Source of the DNA: Ramazzottius varieornatus
Lineage: Eukaryota; Animalia; Tardigrada
NCBI GenBank assembly: GCA_001949185.1
Contig: BDGG01000010.1
Span: 28,394 to 92,393, forward strand
Reading direction: 5' to 3'
Length of the DNA stretch: 64,000 nucleotides
The notes under the pieces are model-generated. The model ran no database searches, was not told where the DNA came from, and saw nothing but the letters and a program-made list of their open reading frames with translations. The first letter of the stretch is position 1. Each line of letters opens with the position of its first letter. Of this stretch, positions 24,846 to 37,962 are shown one piece after another. Both the position numbers and the translations under genes were made by a program.

Positions 24846-26132
24846 CTGTAATGCTTCTTAAACTTCGCGAATCACGTGGTCATACGCGTAAATTTTGCCC
24901 GTTGGGTACTAGTATCACGCAGTCTAGCCAATCAACAATCCATCATATACCACACTATCGATGGAAAATTTAGCCCGGCAGATTAGTTATCTTCCACAGA
25001 AGTAAAGCTGCATTCAAGAGTGCAGTTAAGTTCTACATCATTCTCGTCAGCCAACATGTAGAATGGTTCAGGCAAACGTAGATTCGATCCACTGGATATC
25101 CAAGCTCGACTGCCACCATTCCAAAGCTGCGACGACGAAAAATGCAAATAATTTTCGACCGGAAGTGCTATTACAATAGAAAACTGAAACCTTCGCACCT
25201 GCTTGTACCAAAAACCACGATGTTTCCGGGAACGTCCCGCTTTTCCAGAGTGCTCTCTGATAGCTTGCCCGTGTTCTTATTACCCTTCAATACGACCACA
25301 GCCGAAAATTCATATCCGTCTGATGCGATGGCCAGACTCACGGTGAAGTTTTCTTTCGGTGCATTTGGATCAATCACGGTCACTTCTTTCACTCCTTTCG
25401 CTTAGAGTGTTTTCTTGTGAGAATTCGAAAGCTTCACGGACGTTTCGTCAAAGTTGATCAGCGTGCAAGGCGGAGTATCGTTCAGGGTCACGATCTCCTA
25501 CATGTGCAGGAGATCTCTGCACTATCTGGTGTCGTTTCTGATACTTGTAAAGCGATCCTCTCGAGGCTTTGAAGTCTGTTATACCCATTTTTTTGGCAAC
25601 CTGTGGCGCAATCCGCTGGATATCCGACTCCTGAACTCTCTTCCCTAGTTTCCGAGCGTCTTCAAATCTCCTGTAGATTTATCCATCCATGTCCAAGGAC
25701 CGCGGCGTCTTCCCACCTTTGATCCTTGCTGGCAGATGTCTGAAAGAAGAAACGCTATTAAAGATAACTGTTGAGCCAGAGAATAAAACACACTTACAGC
25801 CATCCTCGAAGGGTGGACTCTGGGATCCTGTGCTCCTCTGCAAACTTGTACAGTGGCCTTCCAGAGTTCTTGAACGACTCCACAGCACGCTTCGCTTCTC
25901 CCTCTCCATATCCCTTCCGCTTTCTGATTCTCCCCAACGAATCCATAACAGCAAAATTCACCAAAGAGTTACGAGAATCATGAATGTAGACAGAATCTAT
26001 GAATTCGATAGTATCATGGTAAGGAAGAGACAATCAAACAACCAACCCAGTTCAAAATCTCATATGACTTTACTTGCGGATAATTTTCATGCGTACGATG
26101 ACGTGCTTCGCGAAGTTCAAGAAGCATTACAG
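24846..26132 (-). mobile_element. Degenerate pogo-type DNA transposon
   Basis: TA|CTGTAATGCTTCTT...AAGAAGCATTACAG|TA termini. HTH fragment (RIPESTLRGW) and DDE_1 fragment (KENFTVSLAIASDG), with stops and frameshifts. Confidence 0.8.
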
Positions 26133-26134
26133 TA

Positions 26135-26446
26135 CGAGGTAAACGACATAATTCGGGCATAGGGGTTTTTCACTCGTAATCCGGACATATTTTTTCTCAG
26201 CTCCTGCTGCGCTTAATGAACCGCTTCTTGTTTTCTGAGGTAGACTGATCCCTCTCCTCGAGATTTCAATAGGTTCGAGATCGGGAAAGCGTTGTAGATC
26301 ACGGGAATTTGGCCTGGGATAGAGATGGGTCTGTCCAATGTTAAAAAGCCTAATGTTGTGTCAACACACGTACGATGAGGGATGAATCAAGCGTTGAAGG
26401 TAATGTTCAAAACTTTCGCGTTTCCCGAATTATGTCGTTTACCTCG
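26135..26446. mobile_element. Tc1/mariner-type MITE (312 bp)
   Basis: TA|CGAGGTAAACGACATAATTCGGG...CCCGAATTATGTCGTTTACCTCG|TA, a perfect 23-bp TIR. A related end lies at about 29552-29615. Confidence 0.8.
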
Positions 26447-27472
26447 TACCGCGTACGTTCGACTGATTGACAGCTGATCGTCGACTAGCCGGTTTGCCGC
26501 GTTCTCACTACCCGGGACTGATTCACGCGTACGACTGACCAGTGGATCGTACATACCGTGTATCACAGATCCTATCAGCTGACAGTGGGCAATAAACTGT
26601 GCGTTTTTCGAACCTATATTGCTTGGGTGTATAGTGACTTACAGGGTGATCACGCCAAGTGACTACCACCTCCTAATATTCATGGCGCTCTCGACTGCGT
26701 GTACGTCGGTCCTCAGAACTGTTTTTCGGTAGATCAGGTTGGCACACTGTCTTTGGCTGATTGAGTCCCAACATGGAGACCTTGATTGGTTTCCGGTAAA
26801 CAATTACCGCTTTTCGAAAATTTCAAATTTTCCTACTAGACTTTTTCCAGTACAACAGTGCCTCTTCGATTCTGTTCTAATTTGAGTCATTGCCTTCTGG
26901 AATGTTTTGTTTTCGCTGAGAACGGAACAGGTTTACGTGTCTTCTTGTGCGATCGCCAGTTACGGTTTACCACAGGACGGCTGTTGACGCCGAACAGTCT
27001 GTGCTGTCGTTTCTTCTGACGTTAAGACAGCCTCTTCCGGACGGAACCTGGATACTCCGCTTCATTAAGCTCGAAAGGGAGAGATCATTGAGTACTTCTA
27101 ACCCCCTAACCCTTTCCGTAATTAAAACCGTCCCCTCAAAGCAATGTCAAATCAAATCGGGAGGACCTACGCAGGTTAATGGGTGAATGTTTTGGATACT
27201 GATCAAGCCTTCTCGGTGGGCGAGCTCACGAGAGTAGTGAGTGACAGTACAGTAGCGCAATAAAAGGATCTGTAAGCAAACAGGGTGCGCGACTCGACCG
27301 GGGGACGCATGAGTGGTACGGGCTGTATGAGTCACGGCTCAGTTTAGTGACTCAAAGTGTGCACGGGCAGGTCATTGGCTGCACTTACGCCCAGCGCGTG
27401 CACAACTCCTATTTTAAATGCGGCGACTTTTCATGGTGACGTCCTCTTGCTCGCGTCACACCTGTAATCCAG

Positions 27473-28079
27473 ATGAACAGAACCACTACTGTGTCACATT
27501 TTCCGGCAGGTCCGGATATTCTTCGCGGTACGGTTTACTTTTCTCAAGCATTCTTGGTGCTGTTTGGAATTATACCTCCGTTAGTGGCATTTGCCAATAA
27601 CCGTGATCTGCGGAGTCCTTTCAACCTTTACATCATTAGCGTACTCATAGCTGAGCTGTTTGCCTGCCTCAATATGGTCATGATGGCTTCGCAAACTCTC
27701 TGGATCACTGTCCGACAGCACAAGCTGACTTGTCAAGCCGAGTTAACCGTTTCGTATGCGGCAATAACCCTGTACCTGGTATCCCACTTGATGATCAGTG
27801 TCAACCGGATGTGGGCAACATTCCTTCCAGTTCATTATCGAACTCATCACACTAGGAAGACAGCATTCCTTGTTTGCTGTGCTGCGATTATTTCCGTCCT
27901 GATTTTGGTTGTTCCTTACACAATACGCAATACGCCATACACCGTACCTAGAAACGCCTTTGCGGTTTTGCTCAATAGTCGTCGGCTCACAACCAATCTA
28001 TCAATATGTTGTATTCGGGACGCATGTTACCGCTTTGTTCCTGATCCTGCTGACATATCCACCTCTGTTAGTCAAGTAA
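27473..28079 (+). pseudogene. Class A (rhodopsin-like) GPCR pseudogene, TM1-TM5 only
   Basis: LRSPFNLYI (TM2), a conserved Cys before TM3 and ISVNRMWA (DRY equivalent). Frameshift near 27950; the TM5 frame (YQYVVFGTHVTALFLILLTYP) stops soon after. No TM6-7 found. Confidence 0.7.
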
Positions 28080-29618
28080 CTTCATCGATATCGGATAAAG
28101 TACAGGGTAATTCAGAATCACTGGACGGGCTTTGAAGTGCTGCAGAAAAATTAACACTAATCCAGCTGGCTCCCAGTTTCGTGAAGCATACTTTAGTACA
28201 AACTTCAAAAACTCAAAATCATTGTGGTGAATTTCGCTGTAGGCTACATGAGCCTCAAAAAATTTAGTGGAAGAAATGTGAACAACCCGGAAATCGGTAG
28301 TACTTTCGAGACAGCAAAGTGTGCACACTTGAAATATTTCTTCTGGAACATGAGCATACTTAAACTTTTTTTCGCTAATGCTATCTAGATCGAAACTTCA
28401 TTGAGTAAAGGAATAAAAACAGATCCTGTTGTGATATCCTAGACTGGTGCGATCTGCCACAGTCAATCTAGCGATTGCAGCAGAATTTTCCTGTTCATTC
28501 CCACGTTTTGATTTTTATGCAGACTATAGAGGGTAAACTTTATTTTCATTGAAAGCCTGTGTAAGAGTTTATGTAAAAAATGTATCACTATGGGCACCCC
28601 TGTTTTTGAAATCAGTCTGTCCTTCGGAATTTTTTGGCCAGATTTACGCCGCGTTACAACCGAATATACTGTAGTATCTTGACCACAGCTCTGTAGTAAT
28701 CTTGACCATCCCATCGTAGTAACTTTGTGGCAGCATTGTACTACTTTGCCCGACTATGTCTGACAGTGAGGTTGTTGATGATAAAGCCAGTGACGAAAAA
28801 CTTTTGCCAGAGAATTGGACCGAGTGCAATTGAAACCGAAACGGACTCGGCGTGCGACCAAGGCCGTGGCCGAAGACCGAAAAACGGGTGGACGATAGAG
28901 AAACCTCAACTGATTATGACAGTAGATGAAGCTGTCGCAATTCGAGTTAGGCTAATAGCATGCACGCCAATAGACCCATTGTGGGATGGTGCGCTTGATT
29001 AAAACATGGTTTCTGTCCCTCAATAAAACTCGGGGTGTCGATAGCTGTTTGCCGGATCAGGGGTTTACTGATTAATCAATTAAGTAGGGGTGCCTTTAGC
29101 AAAACAGAAATTAAATAGGGGTGCGATAGGGGTGTCTACAGCCAAACAGGGTTTTCAGGGGTGCCCGTAGCCATTTCCAAGAATGATTCCGTATTCCATA
29201 TTTCGGCAAAATATGAAACTATGAAAGGTGTTCAATCGGCTGACATTGAACTAACCATCAGATCATCTCCACTTTTGGGTAATAGATGAAGAACGACATC
29301 CCGAGCCACGTACATCCAATCCAACACTTTTGGGTCAGGAATAATGCAATACTGACCCAAACTAATAAGGCCACAAGGCTAAAAACCATTTGACGCTTGT
29401 GGCGACCGACTGATCGAATGTCTTATTAAAGCAGAAGGTGAGCTTTTTTGACATACGTTCTAAACATCGGCCGAACTGAGAGCGACACGAAGTCCGGCTT
29501 CGTGTCGCTCTCAAATTGCCTAACTCACAGACCACTGTCGGGAGCAAAGAGTACGAGGTGAACGACATACTTTAGGCATAGCGGTTTTTCCACCAATAAT
29601 TCGGCCATATTTTACTTA

Positions 29619-31260
29619 TCCTACCCCTATACTATTATAACCCGAAAAAGGCTTCTGACGAGGTCGTGGATCGTTTGAGAAGGAATGTTTGAGCAGAAAT
29701 CGAAACACCATATCCTCGACACGCTCGTCCTTCGAGGCCTGACGTCGCTTATGAGTTATTCGTCAAACTGCACTCATAACCACACTCTTTGTAGAAATAT
29801 CTTAGGACGAAGTCAACGATCCGAAAAAACTTATGGAAAGACCCGCCGAAAGACACGATCGAACAGTTACTCGAGTTCCTTATGCACTCGATTAACGGAG
29901 ACCGTTTCATCGAGAATCCAGCAGCGATCGCATTAGTGAGTTCGGCCGGTTCGGCTCCACCCACGTGCTTGGTTTCGATTGGCTGGTTCTGACGCTAATT
30001 CAGCTTCTTGCGCTTAACGGGTAGCATATCAACCTCTGGAATTCCAGTTCATTCCAGACTACTTTTTTCTCGAACCTCAGCTCGCCGGGCTCTGTCCAAG
30101 GCCTAACAAAAACTCACGATCCGAATTCGATTAGAATCTCGAGTCTGGTCACTGCTGGTACGGTTTGAATTTCCAATCAAACATAGTAAAGCATGGTCCA
30201 CACTCTGAAATTTCATTCGAAGATTTCCGGATAATCTCGAATCAAGGGTAGGGTGATAAAAAAAAGTGACATTGATCTGTTCTTTAGTACGATGGTGACG
30301 AGGGTCAGTCCACTGATCTGTTCCCGGCATCTTTACTTCCATTTCGAGACCGCCATTGATTATTTTTTCTGAGGTTATTAATTTTTGGGCAAACGCTCCT
30401 GGAATGAAAAACAGGAAAGGAATTCCAGGTACTGCAATAGTTCTTTGAATTCTACTTTTTCAATCTTTCCTGGTGTATAATTTAAGTTCAAAGTTCTCTT
30501 TTCGGTCTGCACCTGCGTGTCTGTTGCAAACTCAAAAATTCGCATTCCACAATCGTATTATTATTGAAGTCGAAAACCGCTTTCACAGTGCGCGATGGTG
30601 TTGAGTTGGCCGTTCTTCGCAAAGGTAACCAGTACAGAATTTGTCCCTAAAAATGGTAAGAGTTTTCACGGAAACTTAGGTACATTATATTAGGCGTTCT
30701 CTGAGAGCCGACAGCATCCCTGTCTTCGACGAAATATCTCTTGTGTTTTTCTTGATTTAAAGCAAGCTGCAAGCGAGCCGAAGGCGAAGCGAACAGCTTG
30801 TAATTGCTACTGATATATGCATCCATTGGGATTTTGTTAGAATTTCCAGAGTGTTACAGCTGTGGCATACGATGATATAAATGATGATCGCGAATCCACA
30901 GGAAAGAGATCAGGATCGACATGATTTTCGTAAACCCCGTCGTTCAGGTTTAACTGTAGCGTTGGCTATTCTTTTTGTTTGCCATGAGCTGTTTCTTCCA
31001 CTGCAGCTGTGTTTCGGCAGTTCTTTAGCAGTTCGGCTTCAAATACTGCGACCGTAACTGCAGCTTTGTTGTTCAGAGCTTTAACTGCTTCCATGACTGC
31101 TTAAACTTCAAGAGGCATTATGTGTCCTACGCCTATACTATTATAACGCGAAAACAAACTGTTGACGTGGTCGTGGACCGTTTTGAGAAGGAATTCTTGG
31201 ACGAAAATCGCAACACGATGTCTCCGAACTGCTCGGATGGGACCAGATAATTATTTTTTT
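29619..31260 (+). mobile_element. Two related Helitron-like non-autonomous 5' ends
   Basis: TCCTAC(C/G)CCTATACTATTATAAC plus about 100 bp of similar sequence at 29619 and 31125. A GC hairpin-like GCGAGCCGAAGGCGAAGC followed by CTTG near 30772-30800 may be a 3' end. Confidence 0.45.
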
Positions 31261-32243
31261 GGACGAAATCCCAAACGTACTTGCCGGTGTAGCAATTTAC
31301 GTTTCCTTACTTTTGATTAATCTCGCTTGCAACATTGGCAACTAAGGGCCAGGCAAGGGTTATTCGAGACTAGCAGCTACAAATTCGCATTAGACCACCT
31401 GTGCAAGGTTCATGAAAACGCTGACATTCGGGGATTCTTTCTGGATAAACTAAAATCAATGGCCTGCCTGGCGAACGATAATCCGTTTGTCGGCTGGTAA
31501 TACTTTGGTGCTACAGTATCCGGGTTTCCGAGAAAGTGAGACAGGGAAGAAGGACGGGGCTCTGGGACTGGCTTTTCATCTTTTTCAGTTGAAATTTCGT
31601 GTGGTTTCGTTCTAGGGAAAAAGTTTTGGATTGCAGATATGAAGTTATTCTGTCTATCACCAAGGCGCACGTGAGCATCTCTCTTCCTGTTATTATAGCC
31701 CGGAAAAAGCTTCTGAAGAGTTCCCGGACCATGACAGAGGGGCTTCTCAACGAAGATCGCAGTACCATGTAGGCAGCACTTTCGAATCATGCCACTTCAT
31801 GTTTCTCCGAAGAGATATAGAACGTGCTCTTTCGTTTCCGTGCTTCTGAGTGGGCTGATTAAAACTGACTCATAACGCTGGAATCGAAATGCAAGCAAAC
31901 CGCCTGAGGTCAGTCAAAGGTTATTTATTTCGAACTACGGCACCATTAAACTTTTGAAAGACCGCCTGCCTTCGAAAAAATCACTATCTAAACGATTAAT
32001 GAAGAGCAAAAACCATTCGTCATGATCAGCTAATAAGAAAAGCGGAACTCCACGCCTGTCGTACGTTGCCATCCACGGCGAATCAGACGTGCACCCTAAT
32101 CTAGAACTGATTCATACGATATCAAGCGCTGTTTCCGCGATATCACAAGCTTCAGTCGAGAATAGGGGAATTGCAAAGCTAGCAGCAGAATTTAGAAAAC
32201 GAGCGTTAATAGATTTCCTTATATATATTTTTGGAAAAGCGTT

Positions 32244-32339
32244 CGCAGTCACGTGACAGGCCCATGAAATAATGCCCGGGTGATCATGATTTGGTCAGCA
32301 ACCTCCGGATCTACTTTACGGGTCTGTCATGTGACTGCG
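32244..32339. repeat. Short inverted repeat or MITE remnant
   Basis: 28-bp arms CGCAGTCACGTGACAGGCCCATGAAATA / TACTTTACGGGTCTGTCATGTGACTGCG. Confidence 0.6.
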
Positions 32340-34063
32340 CAAAACGTTGGAGGAAATACAGTACGCTCTCCTACGGTGTCAGTCAGCTGAAGTACTGCTC
32401 AAGGAAATTATTCACCTGCTCAAATCGACTGACTATTGATTTTCCCTTCGTTTTGTGAGTCACAAAAGAATTCACTATCTTTATAAGTTCAAACATTTTT
32501 CAATGGATTCGTTTCGAGCAGCGGTTTGTTCCGTGGATTTCTTCGCATGCCCTGCGATTCCCCTGATGTGGTAAAACTGGTTCGGGTGCTGGTCATGAAT
32601 CTTGAAGTCCCACATCTCGATTAAACGCCTGTTTTAGGGTTGGCACAGTGAAAGGCGAGCAAACTGATAACTCGGCCGGCGAGTACTAGCTTCTCGTTTT
32701 CACTAGCACAAATACTCGTTCTCACTCGTTCAGAGGCGACACTTGCGGTTACTCGTTTCAGAAATCCGTACTACAGGCCGGTCAAGCCAACTTGGTACCA
32801 CACACAACATCAACATCACACAATATCAACTCGATCATTATCCAACTTCGAAACTGTTTTCCTTGATTTAAAATCCTATTTAGCCTCTCAAGAGAAATTA
32901 CTGGCCGGAAAGTTGTTCAGAACAAGTTGGAATCGACACAAAACTAGAGAAGGTGGGAGGAGAAGAAACACAACTTTTGCAGTTTTCGAGACTGTTTTTC
33001 AGTATCTGACTACGCTCCTGCAGTTTGGTGTTCAACATAATTGAAACGAAGTCTGAGCTACAATGAATGGGGTCGCAAACGTTAGTCCGCCGTTCGGAGC
33101 CATAGCTCGAATTTTCGCCGTAAAACCGTTTTCCCGGCAAAATGGACACATTTACCAGCTTTAATTCCTTTCCCGAGCTATTTCGATATCCTCATAGCCT
33201 TCTTTGATTTTTATAAACCGCTTAGAAAGTTTTAGACTTATCTAGATCAGATTGGGGGTTGCTACCCAAAAACAGGATCCTGCAGAGTGCATTTCAGTCG
33301 CGGCGACATGTCTTCCAGATCGGAAATCATATCAGTCGATTGTTCAAAGCTGTTTCTTGCTGTAGTGTAGCGAATCATAGCTCAGTCGACAGAGCTTAAA
33401 AAGTTGTACGGGCAGTGTGATCAAGGAGCGGAAAAAGAGCAATCTGAATTTTTTGACGTCGAAGTTCGAGGTGGTAGCAAGTTGGCTTAAACGGGCTGTA
33501 GATTGGACCGGATAAACGCCGAGTCAGAACTCGATGGATTCAACTACATACTGAAGTGTTGGCATATGCGAAGTGATTCATTGGCGCAGCAAGATTCTCG
33601 AAAACCCAGTTGAGACATGATTATTTTTTAGTGTTAAGTGAGTTTCTACCGTGTGGAATTAAGCGATATGCAAATCGCATTGCAGATTCTAGCCCAGATG
33701 ATTCCAGACATAGTGTAACTCCTGCCGAAGACATATCCATACATGGCTCACCGGTCTCGCTGGAACTCGTCGACTATTTTTAATAAATTTATTGTAATTC
33801 ATGAACTTGTATTCCTCAATACGAACTTGAATCTCTTTTCCTACATATTTTGTCACAGGTGTAGGAAAAAGTTTCTCTGCTTCCGTCAAGTTCTTAGGTC
33901 ATAGTTTAATCAACACACCCAACCATGGTACTTGCAACTCCGCGAACTTAAAAAGCGAGCCGCAGAAGAGCCTTTCTCTTGTATTGTTTAGCGAGAACAA
34001 TCTGCAAAATCTTAGTTTTCAGACTCTCCGGTCAAAGCTTCCCTCAGTCAGGCAATTACTAAT

Positions 34064-34795
34064 TTGACTGTACTTGTTGCCGGAGGAGTTTATGGCAACC
34101 CCATGCTGTCTATCGATCAGTCCGGAATAGTACAGGGCATTGTGCAGTATGATCTGTTCCGGTCGTTGAACGAAGTGGACTTAGCTAGATCACTTTTGTC
34201 TTTGAAAATCAACAAGTTTCAGAATGCTCCTCGAAGTTACTCGTACTGGTTGCGCGACTGGTATCTGCCTGTTTACTCTGACCATGGTCAAGCCGCTGTT
34301 CTTCAGCGGGTTTTTACTCTTTTAGCGGAGCACTTCCCCACCATAACCGACAGGAGCGGCATGCGGAGGTATTCGCGCAACATGACAAATCTGGCGGAAC
34401 TGGTGCACTTCTGGAGCGGTGCGGCGATCGCTAGTCTACGGACTGTTGCAGGGAATGCTTTCGGCTGGTCAAAAACGGACGAAAAGGAACTGCTGCAAGC
34501 ACAAAACGACTTTCCAGATATTCATTATGCAGACGACGAAAACTATTTGATGACGCAGGCCACTGTCTCGTTGGATCTCGTGGAATTTGCAACGCCGACA
34601 CACAGTTCGACGCAATTTACGCAAGCGAATTTCACTCTTCTACAGAGTATCTTGATTCCCCTTGTTATCGTCGCTACTGTTGGGACACTACTTGTTTTTA
34701 ATGTGCAAGAAGAAAGCGGAGCCAGGCAAAGGTTTTGGGCGCGAACCAGAAGGCGCCGAACAAGTACATTTCATCAGTACCGCTGTCGCACTTGA
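34064..34795 (+). CDS. Hypothetical protein or exon with a C-terminal TM helix
   Basis: 243-codon open frame with protein-like composition and hydrophobic ILIPLVIVATVGTLLVF. No family recognised; may be a pseudogene remnant. Confidence 0.4.
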   Translation: MTVLVAGGVYGNPMLSIDQSGIVQGIVQYDLFRSLNEVDLARSLLSLKINKFQNAPRSYSYWLRDWYLPVYSDHGQAAVLQRVFTLLAEHFPTITDRSGMRRYSRNMTNLAELVHFWSGAAIASLRTVAGNAFGWSKTDEKELLQAQNDFPDIHYADDENYLMTQATVSLDLVEFATPTHSSTQFTQANFTLLQSILIPLVIVATVGTLLVFNVQEESGARQRFWARTRRRRTSTFHQYRCRT

Positions 34796-34884
34796 ACCCC
34801 GACATTATCAAGCTCCTCGATGACGGACACTCTCTTTCTACTTCCGATGTCACATATGACACCACTGGTCCCGATCTTGCGTCT

Positions 34885-35120
34885 GATTTTTTTCCCAAGT
34901 GGCGCACATTTCCAGTGTTATAGGCTAGGAACGTGCCCTACTGGAGAACAGCGATCTATCGAGTTTGGTTGTTTTCCTCAGTGGCGCATGTTTACATTGT
35001 TATTACCAGCAAAAGTGCGTCACGTGGAAAACGATCTTGCACGAGGTGATAGTCGGCCTACGTGGCGCACGATCTTACTGTAAGTATCCGACAGCGTGCG
35101 CCACTTCGAAAAACGATCTT
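34885..35120. repeat. Tandem trimer of the ~80-bp GTGGCGCA hairpin repeat
   Basis: GTGGCGCA at about 34899, 34981 and 35062, each followed by a TGCGCCACTT-like arm and AAAACGATCT. Confidence 0.8.
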
Positions 35121-35347
35121 GCCAAGTTTGTTTGCCGGGTTCCCATCAGGACAAAGAGAAAAAAAGACATATCCGAGCTTCCAGATTTGGCTTTCGGATG
35201 GTACATGTAAACGGATTATACAGCTAAACAACAAAATTCTCACTACATCGGTGTGGATCCCGTTGTTGCCTAGTTCTTCTTGGACCTCGACTTCATAGCA
35301 GAAACTTTAGGTTTGAGTTTTGGCAGGAGAGTCGTCTTGGCTTTTGA

Positions 35348-37962
35348 TTATGAAGCAGACGCGGAAGGTTTCTTTATGGGAACTGTAGCGGTCGGAGCTC
35401 GTGCCTTGTCTCGTTTTGCTCTGGCCTTCGGAAGGTGTCCTTCAGGAACGTCCGCCGTAGAATTGATGTTCGGCGGTGGTGCAGAGACGTCGCTTGCTAT
35501 CTCCGCAGCCACCTGCTTAGCCGTCTTTCTCTGTCGCTTTGGTGTGGCTTTACAAGGGTATCCTTGGTTAGTGGGGCTTTCATCTTCGCTGTCTGTCGCG
35601 CTCTCCTCTACCACCTCGATGTTTCGCTTCCCGTTTCTCAAGCCTTTGACTTTCTCTCTGTTCTTTTCTATCGCGGCTTTCTTTGCACTGATGTGAGTGC
35701 TCTCTGTGAGGATTCTTCCATTGGAAACATCGAGACGGGAATCTTTCTCCCGCCGTTTCTCCTGAGGAGCACTGCGCAGCAAATTCTTATGAAATTCCAA
35801 AGCTACCACGGAGCCTACCGATTCCTCCGTCATGATTCTTTGATTTCCAAGAGGCAGCTGGTTGTCTTATCTTCAGTCAGGCCAATCTTTTCGCGAGGAA
35901 TCTTTGCGATGTCTGCAAAATGCTCGTCACTTCCAACTTCCGCCTCTTCCACGATTTCCAAGTGAGGATTCACTGTGCCCCTGAGCAGCCTGGTGTTGAA
36001 CGGAAAAGTTTCAGTTCTCCGAAATCCTTCTTTCAACAGTCCATCTTAAAAGAAAAGCATTCAGTAGGATAACATCCGCATAACAAGTATATTTAAAATC
36101 TGTGCAAACAAACGCGACAAGATTGTTTATCCGAGAAGCGTACGCTTTCCGCCAACAACAGAGGTGGCTCGAGATATTAAAACGGTCCGCAGTCTGAGCC
36201 CTTTTTCTACGGCGTTCCTTGTCAGGTCCGTGCTCGGCAGAACCTTGACTGATAACCCATGAAACTTCGTAGAAAAAGGGCAAGGTTGCGGACCTTTTCA
36301 ACACGTCCAGTCGCTCCTGACCAGCAACAGCGACAACGTCAGTTGACGATCTGACGGATTTTTCCGCCTAGTTTTACTGCTGGATTTCCTGTCTGCTGAC
36401 GCTTCATCGCAGATAGCCAGATAACCTTGGCAAGTAAGTTCTTACCTAAGTTGAACGAGTACGGTGGACAGTCTGGTCTCCACAGTTTGACGATGTGAGC
36501 AGGGAAGTTGGTGCGAGAAACCTAGAAATCCAGAAGAAAAGTTTTGTCAAACTCACCAATGTTTACAAGATCGGCGACTCATAAACACGGGTGTCACTCA
36601 CATCGATGGTGGTGTCAAGCCTGGAATCGCGAAGATAACTGTGCCACTTCTGCTTTACTCCGCCGAACACCTCCTTATCTAACGGCTGTAAGAAAGCTGT
36701 CTGGCCAGATAGAAGAACGACCACCCTGATTTCCTTTTCATGCTCCATACAGGCCACGAGAAAGGGGATACAGCTCAGATGGGAAGAATGTCCGTCGCAA
36801 AACAATACGTTCTGCAATACGAGAAAACTCGCAAGGTTAACCTTGGTGCCATTCAAGTGGAGACAGGTGGAAGGTTCATAGAGTAAAAGTATCATCGCCA
36901 AAACGGGTGCGCGTACAAGGCTTACCTTGGGACACGTGATGGACGAAAGAAATTCTTTCTCCAGGAATTCGGTCAGAACGTCAGTATCCATCACTCCCGA
37001 AGAACTAGTGCCAATGTAGCACGCATCGCGGGTGTCTCGGAAGTGCGACTCAATATGCATCTTCCCTTTGTACAGAATCAACGGACGTAGCATCTTTCCA
37101 GCTGCGTTCCCCATAGCTAAGAGTGAAATGTTCTCTCGGTCGCTCTCCGAGCCTTTTACGTGACCACTGCTTCGTTCACGCCTCTCTCCGCGTATATCCT
37201 GTCGTACAGTTCCGCCAACCGAAATCCCGACTCATCTAGGTTCCAGATTCCGCTAGGATTGTCAAGAAATCCTTCGTCGCTTAAATTCTGAAGAAGCGAG
37301 ATCCATTCTTGGCAGCGGGCCGCTGTCCATTCCCGAGACTTTTTGAAGCTCAGCGCGCTCAGTATCCGCAAAGAAACTTCACGGTTTCTCCGAAGAAACT
37401 TCCGGTGCCATTGATTGGTGAACTTAGCCCAGTCCATGCTTAGAAGAAAGTAACACCGCTAACTAGGTTATCCTTGGTGCATTACCAACCGGAAGTTGGC
37501 TGTCAGACAATTCCTTTTTAGCATATGGCTGATGCTACCCGAAGGTTATCCTTCGTGCGATCAACATTTAAGTAACATCAGACTCACCTTTCGCAATGGC
37601 GATGGCTTGACGATCTTGATCAAAGAACGTTTACCGAGAGGAACACCGATCTTGGAGCAGCGGACGAGGATTTCTCTAATTTCCGCCTCTTCTTCAAGTG
37701 TGAAGGTGTTGGGACGGCCGACCTTCTTTTGATGCTTTCCGTTGAATTTGTTGCCCAGGGTCTTGTGAGGTATATCGTAAATCGCGGCCGCCATCCTGAT
37801 GGACATTCCATCGTTAACAGCAGCCAAAGCAAGCTCCATTTCCGGATGAGATTTCATAAATCGCCGTTTTGGACGTTTAATCGTGGATGTCAAGTGAGCA
37901 GGAGCGGGAGGTGGGCCTTCGGGAGTCACAGAAGTCTCTGAAGAACAGCGTGCGGCCATCAT
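35348..37962 (-). mobile_element. Intron-containing pogo/Fot-like transposase (psq HTH, CENP-B HTH, DDE_1), frameshifted
   Basis: GMSIRMAAAIYDIPHKTL, GRPNTFTLEEE, WNLDESGF, FCDGHSSH and QPLD motifs. Frameshift near 37170. TIRs not found. Confidence 0.85.

Larger units (their letters stand above)
24669..26578. mobile_element. Outer palindromic MITE (~120-bp inverted arms) hosting two nested elements
   Basis: 24669-24789 is an approximate reverse complement of 26458-26578. Confidence 0.75.

Noticed and set aside
28103-29170. TA|CAGGGT Tc1-like end after the GPCR, and GGGGTGC repeats
   Set aside because: Probably TE debris, but matching termini could not be identified.
34885-35120. Palindromic repeats with variable spacers resembling a CRISPR array
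   Set aside because: The repeats are degenerate and alternate in orientation, there are no cas genes, and the context is eukaryotic.
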